Shown one piece after another: positions 21,663 to 31,258 of a stretch of 64,000 nt of DNA. Each line of letters begins with the position of its first letter. Position 1 is the first letter of the stretch. Source of the stretch: Candidatus Poribacteria bacterium (GTDB lineage Bacteria > Poribacteria > WGA-4E > JAJDTR01); the NCBI GenBank assembly GCA_965222225.1, contig CBDCTK010000002.1, positions 5,571,098-5,635,097 of the forward strand, in the 5' to 3' direction. Under the pieces are notes generated by a model. The model was not told the DNA's origin. It made no database searches and saw only the letters and a program-made list of their open reading frames with translations. A program made the position numbers and the translations under genes.

Positions 21663-22444
21663 TCCTTATCTCCCTCTCGCTGTAACGCATCACGCATCTT
21701 CCCAAGGGCAATATGTAGAAAGCCTTTAACTGACTTTTGGCTGGGGGCCCCATCTCGTGCGTTTTTGTTAAACCAACCTGCTGCAAAAGACTGCGTAATC
21801 TTCGATGTTTCAAAAGCATGTCGGGAAATCGTATTGACATGGTCTTCTAGGTGCTGACCGAACTCAATTCGATCATCAATGCTTCGTAAAGCCGCCGAAG
21901 CTTCTCTAGCGAGAAAATATTCTAAGTACCGCTGTGTAAACTTAGCGAAAAAAAGACGAGACAACTCACAGAATCCAGCACCATCTCCGGCTTTGCGCCA
22001 TACTTCAAACGGATCTTCGACCGAATTGAAAAGATTCCCCATTGTTGGTTGATTTTGGTCGTACCAACCGGATATGGCATCGCCTGCAGCCTTCTGCGCA
22101 ATCTCCCCGTATTCAAACGAATCCATTTTGGGGTCAACATACTCACTAACCGCTTTTGCAAAGGCAAGTGGTGTTGGATTATCGGGTAACTCGACCCCAG
22201 TTTCTGAAAGCGACATTTGGGGGTTATTTTCACGAGAGGCAACGGCCAGATTAACTAAGAATTGGAACGTACTCAATAGGCCATCATCCTGCGCGAGGTG
22301 GCGAAACCGATCTCGTACGTTATGAATTGTCTTTTGAGCAATATCCGCAACTTCAGCCTCAGATACACTCATTCCTGCGATCTGGTCAACAATATCTCTC
22401 CATTTTTCCGATGTAGGAAGAATTCCTATTCGTTCATGTCCCAT
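21659..22444 (-). CDS. Hypothetical helical protein, QatB-like partner of QueC-TIR
   Basis: 261-aa ORF starting MGHERIG; ATGA overlap with the QueC-TIR gene. Confidence 0.75.
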   Translation of the reverse strand: MGHERIGILPTSEKWRDIVDQIAGMSVSEAEVADIAQKTIHNVRDRFRHLAQDDGLLSTFQFLVNLAVASRENNPQMSLSETGVELPDNPTPLAFAKAVSEYVDPKMDSFEYGEIAQKAAGDAISGWYDQNQPTMGNLFNSVEDPFEVWRKAGDGAGFCELSRLFFAKFTQRYLEYFLAREASAALRSIDDRIEFGQHLEDHVNTISRHAFETSKITQSFAAGWFNKNARDGAPSQKSVKGFLHIALGKMRDALQREGDKE

Positions 22445-22801
22445 CGTTTGATTCCTGTAGTTAGGGCGATTCCGTTATGTATATTATAATAGATGATTCC
22501 GATTGCTTTTAAGTGTAACGGTCGCACACAATGGCGTAGAAGGGGAAACGTCATTGCTTGCGAACTCAATGGGTGCATTCAATGCGCGGAACAACCCCTC
22601 AATGATTTCACTATCAGAGTATAGTGGTGAAACCATAACGCTGTCAATCAATTTGACGTAACATCGTCGGTAATCAACCATCAATCAACGATGATGCCCA
22701 ATTCGTAATAGACCACAGATCTTTCTCATGCTAGTATAGAATCAGCCATGGTAGCTGTCTACACTCGCGGAGTCGGACGCCGAACATTTCTTCCGTTGAG
22801 T

Positions 22802-22831
22802 TTGCAATAACTGCCTAAATTATGCTATAAT
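22802..22831 (+). promoter_or_regulatory. smpB promoter with extended -10
   Basis: TTGCAA, 18-bp spacer, TGcTATAAT ending 6 nt before the smpB ATG. Confidence 0.6.
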
Positions 22832-22837
22832 CTTTGC

Positions 22838-23299
22838 ATGAAGAAAGCCTCTGCTAACGATTCCGCAAAAGTTATAACCGTCAATCGGAAAGCGCGGTAC
22901 GACTACCACTTGCATGACCGCTATGAAGCTGGAATAGCGCTGCAAGGGACAGAGGTCAAGTCGATACGCGCGGGAAGATTGAATTTAGCAGATAGTTATG
23001 CGCGCATCCGCGATGGTGAGGTTTTCCTATTTGACGCTCATATTAGCCCCTATGAACAGGGCAACAGCGAGAACCATGAGCCGAAGCGGCAGCGCAAGTT
23101 ACTGCTGCATCGCCGTGAGATTAGGAAGATTGAAAGTAAGATTCGGTCGGCAGGTATGACGGTTGTGCCGACAAGAGCGTATTTCAATAACGGCAAAGTA
23201 AAACTTGAAATCGCAATCGCATCTAGCAAACACTCTTACGATAAGCGTGATGTCATTGAAAGAGAGGAAGCGCGTCGCGCTATCCGTTCTCATCTCTAA
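22838..23299 (+). CDS. smpB: SsrA-binding protein
   Basis: NRKARYDY, EAGIALQGTEVKSIR and RKLLLHRREI. Confidence 0.98.
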   Translation: MKKASANDSAKVITVNRKARYDYHLHDRYEAGIALQGTEVKSIRAGRLNLADSYARIRDGEVFLFDAHISPYEQGNSENHEPKRQRKLLLHRREIRKIESKIRSAGMTVVPTRAYFNNGKVKLEIAIASSKHSYDKRDVIEREEARRAIRSHL

Positions 23300-23363
23300 A
23301 TGACAAAGTGTTCAGCCCGTGCGCCCGCATGGACAAACGTCAGTCTATCATTAAGAACAAATT

Positions 23364-23717
23364 GGGGGTGAAAAGGTTTCGACGTGAGTCAATGAGATAA
23401 GAGTTGCATGCCGAGGTTTCCGCAGGCCTCGTTAAACAGGCGGAAAAAACTTAACTGCTGATTACGAACAGTTAGCTCTAGCTGCTTAAAGCAGCTACGC
23501 TCGGCTAGCTTGCGGCCCGTCGAGTTAGTCGAGCGCCAAACAACGGGCTCGGCAGCTTGTTTGTTCTTAAGGGACAAGTTGCGAGAAAATACTTGAGATA
23601 GCCTGCACGAATCTTGCATAAGGGAGTCGTTACGGTGAAGCACCAAAACTTATGCTAAGCATGTAGTAGCTTTTATTGAACTGCTCTCGGACACGGGTTC
23701 GATTCCCGTCACCTCCA
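23364..23717 (+). ncRNA. ssrA: tmRNA
   Basis: 5' GGGGGTG..TTCGAC and 3' GGTTCGATTCCCGTCACCTCCA tRNA-like arms; tag ORF 23457-23489 reads (A)ADYEQLALAA*; CCA not encoded; follows smpB. Confidence 0.96.
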
Positions 23718-23745
23718 TCAGATTTTTGGATCCAATCCCACCACG

Positions 23746-23788
23746 AGGTGCAATTGTCGATTGACACGGTTGACGATTGCACCTTTTT
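23746..23788 (+). terminator. Intrinsic terminator after ssrA
   Basis: AGGTGCAATTGTC / GACGATTGCACCT stem followed by a T-run. Confidence 0.75.
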
Positions 23789-23923
23789 CGTAATTACTCT
23801 TCAAATCTAGTATTCGCGTATCACCTGCCTGACTAAACGACCTACCAATAAACGGCAATATTCTTGTAGCTTCCAACTCGTCTATACGACGGATTCACAT
23901 CATATAGCAAGGAGAGACCGAAA

Positions 23924-24595
23924 GTGCAAACACTAGACAGAGCAAAACTGATAGTAAGAGCTCAAGTCAGCGATCTGCTGACAAAGTTGGAGGACGGGCA
24001 AAAAACTCGGCAACTGGTGCTGGAGGAGGTGCGCGACGATATCCGGGGGATAAAGTCACTCGTCGTCAACGCCATTGCTGGTCTTAAACTGATTGAGCGC
24101 CAAATTGAAGAAACTGATGCCGAAGCGGAAAAATGGGATGCTAGGGCAGCAATTGCCTTGGAAAAATCCGAAGAGGATTTGGCTCGTCGTGCGCTTGCCC
24201 GTAAGAATGAGCTAACACGAAAAGTGGAACGCTATCGCGAGCAGCTTACTGCGCAACGGGCTACTATTGATACACTTAAATCAAGTCTGAAATCACTGGA
24301 ATCAAAATTAGAGGAAATGCGTTTCGACGCGGCGCGAATGGATGTCCAAGAGAAGCTATCCCGACGATCTGCGCTCGGAACGACCTCTGCGAGCGATTAT
24401 GTCATTGGTGACAGCGCCTTTGACGCTTATGATCGTATGGTTGAACAGGTGCGAGACTTAGAAGCACATGTCGAGGCGTTCGATGAATTGATGCAAGGCG
24501 ATAAACTGGAACAGGAGTTCCATGCATTGGAACGTAAGAATGAGGTCGATAAGGATTTAGCGGCTCTAAAGTCCAAACTCTCGGCGGGCGAGTAA
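23924..24595 (+). CDS. PspA/IM30 family protein
   Basis: Coiled coil, EDLARRALARK and AFDAYDRM; GGAG RBS. Confidence 0.85.
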   Translation: MQTLDRAKLIVRAQVSDLLTKLEDGQKTRQLVLEEVRDDIRGIKSLVVNAIAGLKLIERQIEETDAEAEKWDARAAIALEKSEEDLARRALARKNELTRKVERYREQLTAQRATIDTLKSSLKSLESKLEEMRFDAARMDVQEKLSRRSALGTTSASDYVIGDSAFDAYDRMVEQVRDLEAHVEAFDELMQGDKLEQEFHALERKNEVDKDLAALKSKLSAGE

Positions 24596-24658
24596 TTCAC
24601 GGCTGCAGTAGGAGTACCGGGTAGAGAAATGTACTATTGACATCAAACCAGATTTTTG

Positions 24659-24687
24659 TTGAAATTCCATCCCAGTCGCGTTACAAT
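24659..24687 (+). promoter_or_regulatory. Sigma70-type promoter
   Basis: TTGAAA, 17-bp spacer, TACAAT upstream of the DUF151-pspA genes. Confidence 0.5.
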
Positions 24688-24800
24688 TCAACGCAGTTTC
24701 GGGTTACCAGTAAGGTAGTCGTAAAATCTTGCGCGACAACTCGTCTGATTGTAAACTCAGTCGGGTTTAATTCTATCAGGGAATTACAAGGAGAGTAACC

Positions 24801-25289
24801 ATGGTTGAAGTCGACGTAGCATTCATCTCTTTTGACCAGCATGTGGGCACGCCAATTGTCGTGCTGAAGGATAAAGCAGCCGAAGCCAAGCGGATGTTGC
24901 TCATTTGGATCGGTTCACCGGAAGCCGCCGCCATTCAGTCAAAAATCAAGGGCGAGGAGGCTACGCGCCCGATGACACACGATTTGATGAAGAATCTAAT
25001 TGAAAATCTTCAGGGGGAGATAGCTTCTGTCTGTGTCCACTCCGTGGAAGACGGAACCTATTTCGGGCAAGTTACGCTTCATGTGGATGGACAGACGATT
25101 GATATTGATGCCCGTCCAAGCGATGCCATCGCGCTTGCATTGCGGTTTGAAGCCCCAATCTACGTTGCCGAGGAGGTCATTGAAGAGCATGGCCTCTCCG
25201 AGGACGATTTGAAAGAGGCGCAACAGGAGCAGACGAAGAGTGTTTTAGAAAACTTAGATGATGAGACGTTGGGCGAGTTTACAGTCTAA
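24801..25289 (+). CDS. Bifunctional nuclease family protein (DUF151)
   Basis: PIVVLKD, IWIGSPEA, RPMTHDL and IDARPSDAIALALR. Confidence 0.92.
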   Translation: MVEVDVAFISFDQHVGTPIVVLKDKAAEAKRMLLIWIGSPEAAAIQSKIKGEEATRPMTHDLMKNLIENLQGEIASVCVHSVEDGTYFGQVTLHVDGQTIDIDARPSDAIALALRFEAPIYVAEEVIEEHGLSEDDLKEAQQEQTKSVLENLDDETLGEFTV

Positions 25290-25316
25290 CTACCAAATCC
25301 GAGAGAGTAACCACCC

Positions 25317-25976
25317 ATGCCAATCTTTGAAAAAATCAGTCGAATTCTCAAATCAAATATCAATGATCTACTAGATCGGGTCGAGGACCCGGAAAAGATC
25401 TTGAATCAGTTGCTTGAGGATATGCGTCATGAGTTCAAAGAAGCAAAAGTGCAGGTGGTTGCGGCAATCCGCGATGGGAATCGGCTTGAAGCTCAATACA
25501 AGGAGAATCTGGAAAGCGCCGAGAATTGGGAAAAGCGAGCTATCGTGTTCATTGAGAATGGCGATGATGTACGCGCGAAAGAAGCGCTGCGCCGCAAGAA
25601 ATCCTTTAGTGAATCGGCTGATAATTACCGAGATCAACTTGAATCCCAGCGGGAAAGTATTGCTGTTCTCAAGGACGGGTTGGCAACGTTGCAGGAGAAG
25701 ATTGAGGAAGCAGAGCAGAAACGCGCCATTCTGATTGCCCGCGCGAAGCGAGCAGAGGCCGAAAAAAACATCCAAGAAACAGTAGCAGGCATCGCGGAAT
25801 CAAGTGCAGCCGATGCCTTCGATCGGATTCAGGACCGCGTGGCTGAAACCGAAGCACACGCCGAGGCGTATCGCGAATTGCGGAATCTTGGCGCGGATGA
25901 TTCTGTTTTTGAACCAAATCCGAACGACGAAATTGAGGATGAACTCGCCAAACTGAAAGCGAAGCTGAAAAAGTAG
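25317..25976 (+). CDS. pspA: PspA/IM30 family protein
   Basis: IFEKISRILKSNIN, EDPEKILNQ and EDELAKLKAKL. Confidence 0.92.
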   Translation: MPIFEKISRILKSNINDLLDRVEDPEKILNQLLEDMRHEFKEAKVQVVAAIRDGNRLEAQYKENLESAENWEKRAIVFIENGDDVRAKEALRRKKSFSESADNYRDQLESQRESIAVLKDGLATLQEKIEEAEQKRAILIARAKRAEAEKNIQETVAGIAESSAADAFDRIQDRVAETEAHAEAYRELRNLGADDSVFEPNPNDEIEDELAKLKAKLKK

Positions 25977-26027
25977 ACCGCTGCCGTAGAGTCCGTTTTA
26001 ATCCGGATTTGGTTTAAGGATTCGACA

Positions 26028-26201
26028 ATGCGACTATTTAGGAAATCCATCATCGTTGTGCTAATTTTAGGGCTTGCGCTTATCGCAGTAAAGTTAGTTT
26101 TGCCTATCGCCATTTGGGTATTTCAATTCGCTTTCACGGTGCTCGCCCTTATCGCAATTGGAATCGCGATTGTGTATCTCTATCACAAACTCCGCGCGTA
26201 A
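26028..26201 (+). CDS. Small two-TM membrane protein (57 aa), absent from the ORF track
   Basis: MRLFRKSIIVVLILGLALIAVKLVLPIAIWVFQFAFTVLALIAIGIAIVYLYHKLRA*; AAGGA RBS; directly after pspA. Confidence 0.7.
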   Translation: MRLFRKSIIVVLILGLALIAVKLVLPIAIWVFQFAFTVLALIAIGIAIVYLYHKLRA

Positions 26202-26237
26202 CCTACTTCCAAGGGGATTTTTTAGCCTTAGCTACCA

Positions 26238-27695
26238 ATGAATCAGAAAAACATTGAAGCACCCGTATCAAACGACATGGCGCTTAACTATCACCTCATG
26301 CATCCCGGCGGCGATAGTGCGCCCGGTGATCCCAACGCCGCATTCTATCTGGATGGCACGTATCACCTACACTATATCTTGAGACAGACGTGGCAGGGCG
26401 AGCGGTCGTTCTGCTTTGTCCATGTCACCAGTCCGGACATGCTACACTGGACGTGGCAGGCAACAAAGCTCCAGCCGTCTTTCACGGGTCACGGCATGTT
26501 CAGCGGCACCGGTTTCATCACAAAGGAGGGACAGCCTGCCACCATCTACCACGGTCAAGCCTCCCAGCGGAATCATATCGCTCTTGCCAATGGTAGAACC
26601 TTATCCGCGTGGGAAAAGCCGTTTCCGGTCGAACCGAAGACAGCCGATGGAGCAGATGCGGAAATGCATCACTGGGATCCCGATTGCTTCCTCATCGGCG
26701 ACACCTACTACGCCATCTCCGGCGGCAGACACCAACCGCTCAGTAAGTCACAAGATTTGCGGAATTGGAGCTATGTCGGCGATTTCCTGAAGCACGAGTT
26801 GCCGGATTCAGCAATTGGCGAAGACATTTCTTGCCCCAATTTTTTCCGTCTCGGAGACAAGTGGGTGTTGCTGTGTATCAGCCATCCGTTCGGGTGCCGC
26901 TACTACATTGGCGATTGGGACGTGGAGAACGAGCAGTTCGTTCCCGAAACACACGGGCGGATGAATTGGCGGCGTCCTGACCAATCCATTTACGAAACGG
27001 AATACCGGGACTACTTTGCGCCGGAAAGCGTGCTTACTCCAGATGGACGCCGGGTCATGTGGGCGTGGCTTGTTACCCTCAATGATGAGATTTCCCAAAG
27101 GACAATTCAGTCTCTGCCGCGTGAACTGAGTTTGGCAGAAGATAATAGCCTGGGTATCCGCCCTCTGCGCGAACTCGAAACGCTCCGCTATGATCGAACT
27201 ATTCTCAGAAATCTCGCGGTGACGCCGCCAGAACGCTCACATAGTAGCACTGCCACCGCGCGCATTGCCAATCTTGAGGGCGACGCTCTTGAGTTGAGAA
27301 TTACGATTGACAGAGAGCAGGCGGTGCGCAAGCGGTTCGGTTTCCGACTCTTTGCCAACGAAGATCACGAAGGGTTGCCAATTCTGATTCACCCGGAGAC
27401 GGCGACTCTGCGCGTCGGAACGACCGAGGCTCCGTTCGCGGTAGCCGATCTTCCCGAAGGCGAAGACGTTGAGTTGCGCATCTTTATTGACAAATACCTT
27501 GTCGAGGTTTTTGCCAATCATCGGCAAGCTGTCGTGGGCGCCCACATGGATTATCACTCTGCCAACGGTCTGAACGCCTACACCTACGGCGACCCGACAA
27601 CGATTCGGCAGATCGAAATCTGGAAACTGAAGTCTACGAATCAGGGATTTTTCGAGGCGCGAGAAAATCGCATCTGGGCGCCAGACACCGAGTAA
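26238..27695 (+). CDS. Glycoside hydrolase family 32-like protein
   Basis: GDPNA, YHLHY, FSGTG, WDP, SCP, FAP and SLPREL; C-terminal [15 protein letters not shown] beta-sandwich. Confidence 0.85.
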   Translation: MNQKNIEAPVSNDMALNYHLMHPGGDSAPGDPNAAFYLDGTYHLHYILRQTWQGERSFCFVHVTSPDMLHWTWQATKLQPSFTGHGMFSGTGFITKEGQPATIYHGQASQRNHIALANGRTLSAWEKPFPVEPKTADGADAEMHHWDPDCFLIGDTYYAISGGRHQPLSKSQDLRNWSYVGDFLKHELPDSAIGEDISCPNFFRLGDKWVLLCISHPFGCRYYIGDWDVENEQFVPETHGRMNWRRPDQSIYETEYRDYFAPESVLTPDGRRVMWAWLVTLNDEISQRTIQSLPRELSLAEDNSLGIRPLRELETLRYDRTILRNLAVTPPERSHSSTATARIANLEGDALELRITIDREQAVRKRFGFRLFANEDHEGLPILIHPETATLRVGTTEAPFAVADLPEGEDVELRIFIDKYLVEVFANHRQAVVGAHMDYHSANGLNAYTYGDPTTIRQIEIWKLKSTNQGFFEARENRIWAPDTE

Positions 27696-27714
27696 AATCC
27701 AAAAAGACCTACCC

Positions 27715-27885
27715 GTGCCAGCTCTGCCCAACATCGTCATTATTCTCACCGACGATCTCGGTTACGGCGACCTATCCTGCCAAGGACATCCACTCTTCGA
27801 ACACCCAATCTAGATCGGCTTGCAACGGAAGGACAGCGGTGGACGAGTTTCTACGCCTCTAGCCCACTCTGCAATTCGAGCCGAT
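27715..27885 (+). pseudogene. Sulfatase N-terminal fragment
   Basis: [22 protein letters not shown], frameshift, [29 protein letters not shown], then truncated at a 37-bp unit. Confidence 0.85.
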
Positions 27886-27919
27886 CAAACGACTGAATAG
27901 GGAGTGCGATAGAATTGCC
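27883..27919 (-). repeat. 37-bp dispersed unit (the only minus-strand copy seen)
   Basis: Reverse complement reads GGCAATTCTATCGCACTCCCTATTCAGTCGTTTGATC. Confidence 0.88.
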
Positions 27920-28115
27920 TGCGGGAAACAGGTGGGCATGTATCACATCTGCCTGGACATTAACAGATTTGTAGTTTTGTTTATCAGTCCACTTGCGGGT
28001 CGGGCTAGAAGCCCGACCTACAGGAATGGGGCGCAACTTGGGTTAGATAACAATCTGCTGGATTTGTCTATCCGGCAGGAGCCTTTTGACCTTAGATTTG
28101 TCTTGGATGTTGATT

Positions 28116-29818
28116 ATGTCTCAACCCAACGTTGTTTTTGTTTTGACGGATGATCAGGGCTACGGAGATCTTTCGTGTCTCGGGAATCCCGTGCTGCGCA
28201 CACCGTCATTGATCGCTTTCATGACGAGAGTGTGCGTTTCACGGATTTCCACGTCGCCCCGATGTGCACCCCGACCCGCGGCGAGCTGCTGACCGGACGC
28301 GATGCGTTGTACAATGGAGCAACGTTCGTCTGTTTGGGACGTACTTTGTTGCGCAGCAATCTCCCCCCGGTGGCGGATATCTTTGCCGTGAACGGTTATC
28401 ACACGGGGCACTTCGGAAAATGGCATTTGGGTGACAACTATCCCTACAGACCTCAGGATCGAGGTTTCCACGAAACCGTGTATCATCCCGCGTGGGGAAT
28501 TACGTCCGCTCCCGACTACTTTGGGAATGATTACTTTGACGACCACTATCGTCATCGGGACGAAATCAAGCAGTATCGTGGTTACTGCACGGATGTGTGG
28601 TTCGAGCAGGCTATAGCTTGGATGAGGCGGTGTCATCAGCAAGGGAATCCCTTCTTCACGTATATTGCGACCAATGCCCCGCATGGACCGCTGTGGGTAC
28701 CGAATCAATACAGGCAGCCGTACCTTGGTGAGGTCAATCGGAACGAGGCAAGCTTCTTCGGGATGGTTGCGAACATTGACGAGAACATGGAGCGTCTCGA
28801 ATCATTTCTGAAGGAGACAGGATTGCGCGAGAATACCATCCTGATTTTCATGACGGACAACGGCACCGCCACAGGCGAGAATGTGTTCAATGCGGGAATG
28901 CGCGGGAGAAAGAGGTCCCTCTACGATGGCGGTCACCGGGTGCCTTTCTTTGTGCGCTGGCTTGACGGCGGTGTCGGCGGTGGGCGCGATGTTCACGGTC
29001 TGACTCGGAGCACGGACGTGCTGCCGACCTTGATTGACCTGTGCGGCTTGCACATTGACGACGGACTGATGTTCGATGGATTATCTCTTGCGAATGCCTT
29101 ACAGGAATCTGTGGAGCCACCACCGGAGCGCATGACGGTGGTGCAATACGGGCACGCCAACGAGGGTACTAACGGACACACGGAGAAGGATAACGCAGCC
29201 GTGCTCTGGCAAAAGTGGCGACTTGTGAACGGGACGGAACTTTACGACGTATCTACCGATATAGGGCAAACTCGGAATGTGGCTGCTTCAAACCCTGATG
29301 TGGTGGGTCGTATGCAAGATTATTACGAACGATGGTGGGGGAAGGTTGGCGATAACTTAGCGTTATACCAGCCGATTACCATTGGCTCAAATCACGAGAA
29401 TCCAGTTCGCCTGTGCAGTTGTGATTGGGCTTGGGTTTATGCGGACAACCAAGAGAACATCCGCGGGTGCGTCATGGATGGCGGCACATGGCATGTGGAT
29501 GTGGCACGGGACGGATTATACGATCTCACGTTGCGGAGGTGGCCCGAGGAATCGGGGTTAGGTATTGCCGCTCCGGCGCCGGTCATGCAGGGATTTGACG
29601 GAACGTTGCCCGTAGGGGTGGCTTTGCCGGTGTCGTCGGCGTGGTTGCGAGCGGGGGACGAGGAGCAGGCACAACGTGTCCCGAAAGGGGCAACCCATGT
29701 CACATTCCGTATGGCGCTCGTCCGAGGTGCTGCGCAGGTTAAGAGCTGGTGGTATGGCGAGGAGGGGAATCGGCTAGCAGGGGCATATTATCTGACTGTG
29801 GAACGCATAAGCGAGTAG
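28116..29818 (+). pseudogene. Arylsulfatase with one frameshift near 28210
   Basis: MSQPNVVFVLTDDQGYGD in one frame; IDRF, CTPTR (FGly motif), GKWHLG and TDNG in the other; could be a sequencing error. Confidence 0.85.
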
Positions 29819-30250
29819 GAAATGGAAGATTGGAAGGATGGAAGAGTGGAAGGGGACTAATGCCTGCAGCAGCGGCTTGAAGTGATGAAACTGGACAATT
29901 GTTAGGAGGGAGTTATGGAAGATTGGAAGGAACGTAAATCGCTTTATCGTACGTTGAAAACTTGGGAGATGGCGGTAGTGCGTAGGTTGGATAGAACGGA
30001 AATGAAACTCAAACGCATATGAAAAAAGAGAAACCTTCAAGGAGAATTCTTTTTAGGGTCTCCGAAATACGAGTGAAACCCAACTCTTTATCACGAGTGC
30101 GTCGGTTCGGATGAAGTGCTAGGTTTCACTAGAGATTTCTAACACGACCGTCTACCGGAATAGCGGGGGCTCTATTGGGGCTGAAATAAATACCCGTTTG
30201 TGCCGTTCAACCCAACTACACTGCCTCCGTCATTCCGGTCTTCCCTTCTG

Positions 30251-31249
30251 CTACTCTCCTTCACTCGATTCGCTTTGCTCTGATGCGTCTGTTTCGTCTT
30301 CCGCAACGGGTGTGTCGTCCTTCAGGTCTTCCGATTTTTTCAGGAGCTGGTTAATTTTGTATGTGTAGAGCATGAAGACCGGCTCTTTGTCTTCGCGTTT
30401 CACGAAATACTCTCCACTCTCCTCTTTTCCGATCAGGAGTAGTCTCCTCGTTCCGTCGTTTAACTTTGCCATGACGGAGGATTTGGGGGCATCAAGCTCA
30501 TACTCCGACAGATTTCCCACCTCTGCTGCGAAATCGTCCGTATCCAAGGCACTCAAGCTGTCCAACAGAGAATCGAGTTCCGTCTGCTTGGCGGCGAATG
30601 CCTCCGGCTTGGTCATTTGCCATTCGCTGTCCGCCCCCATCTCAAGTTCTATCTCTTCCCCCTCTGACTTAATGGTGAGGTGGGTGACATCGCCTTTATT
30701 GAAGCTAAAGATTGTGCGATCCTTCCACGTACGAGTGCCTTTGTCAAAGGTAGCTTTGAGGTTTCCCTTGCCGACATACACATTGTTGGAATCTGCTGCG
30801 CGGACATAGCTGCTCAGGTAGCCGGGTGTATTTTTTCCAAGAAAGAGGTGGGCACGTACATTACCGCTAGCATCTAGCAGTTTTGCCCTGGCGCCGGAAC
30901 TGTCCACTTCAAACTGTGCTTGTTTCTCCGGGTTGCTGGACACCAATCCGGTTGTTTTGAGTTCCGTCACTTTGTCAAGAACGTCCTCGACACCTTCCGC
31001 ATCGGCGGGATAATTCTCCATTGACGCCACGAGCCACTGATTGTTTTCCTTCACGAGGGTTGTTGTTTCCGCGGACGCGGTAATCTCAATCTTCGTAACA
31101 CTCTCTTTATTGAAGTTGGGAAACAGTGGTGTAGCCGCTTCCACCTTTTTTGCATATTCGCTTTTGGCGAACGGGTTCTCAACAAGTCCTACAATTACGA
31201 CTAAAACGACAAGTATACCGAGCAAGATTAGAAGTTGTTTTGTTTTCAT
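30251..31249 (-). CDS. DUF4340 domain protein
   Basis: N-terminal TM, two repeated domains, WKDRTIF; downstream of a GldG-like gene. Confidence 0.8.
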   Translation of the reverse strand: MKTKQLLILLGILVVLVVIVGLVENPFAKSEYAKKVEAATPLFPNFNKESVTKIEITASAETTTLVKENNQWLVASMENYPADAEGVEDVLDKVTELKTTGLVSSNPEKQAQFEVDSSGARAKLLDASGNVRAHLFLGKNTPGYLSSYVRAADSNNVYVGKGNLKATFDKGTRTWKDRTIFSFNKGDVTHLTIKSEGEEIELEMGADSEWQMTKPEAFAAKQTELDSLLDSLSALDTDDFAAEVGNLSEYELDAPKSSVMAKLNDGTRRLLLIGKEESGEYFVKREDKEPVFMLYTYKINQLLKKSEDLKDDTPVAEDETDASEQSESSEGE

Positions 31250-31258
31250 AATTCCGAT

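Noticed and set aside
23700-23930. Integrative element at the ssrA 3' end
   Set aside because: No integrase and no duplicated ssrA 3' end were seen.
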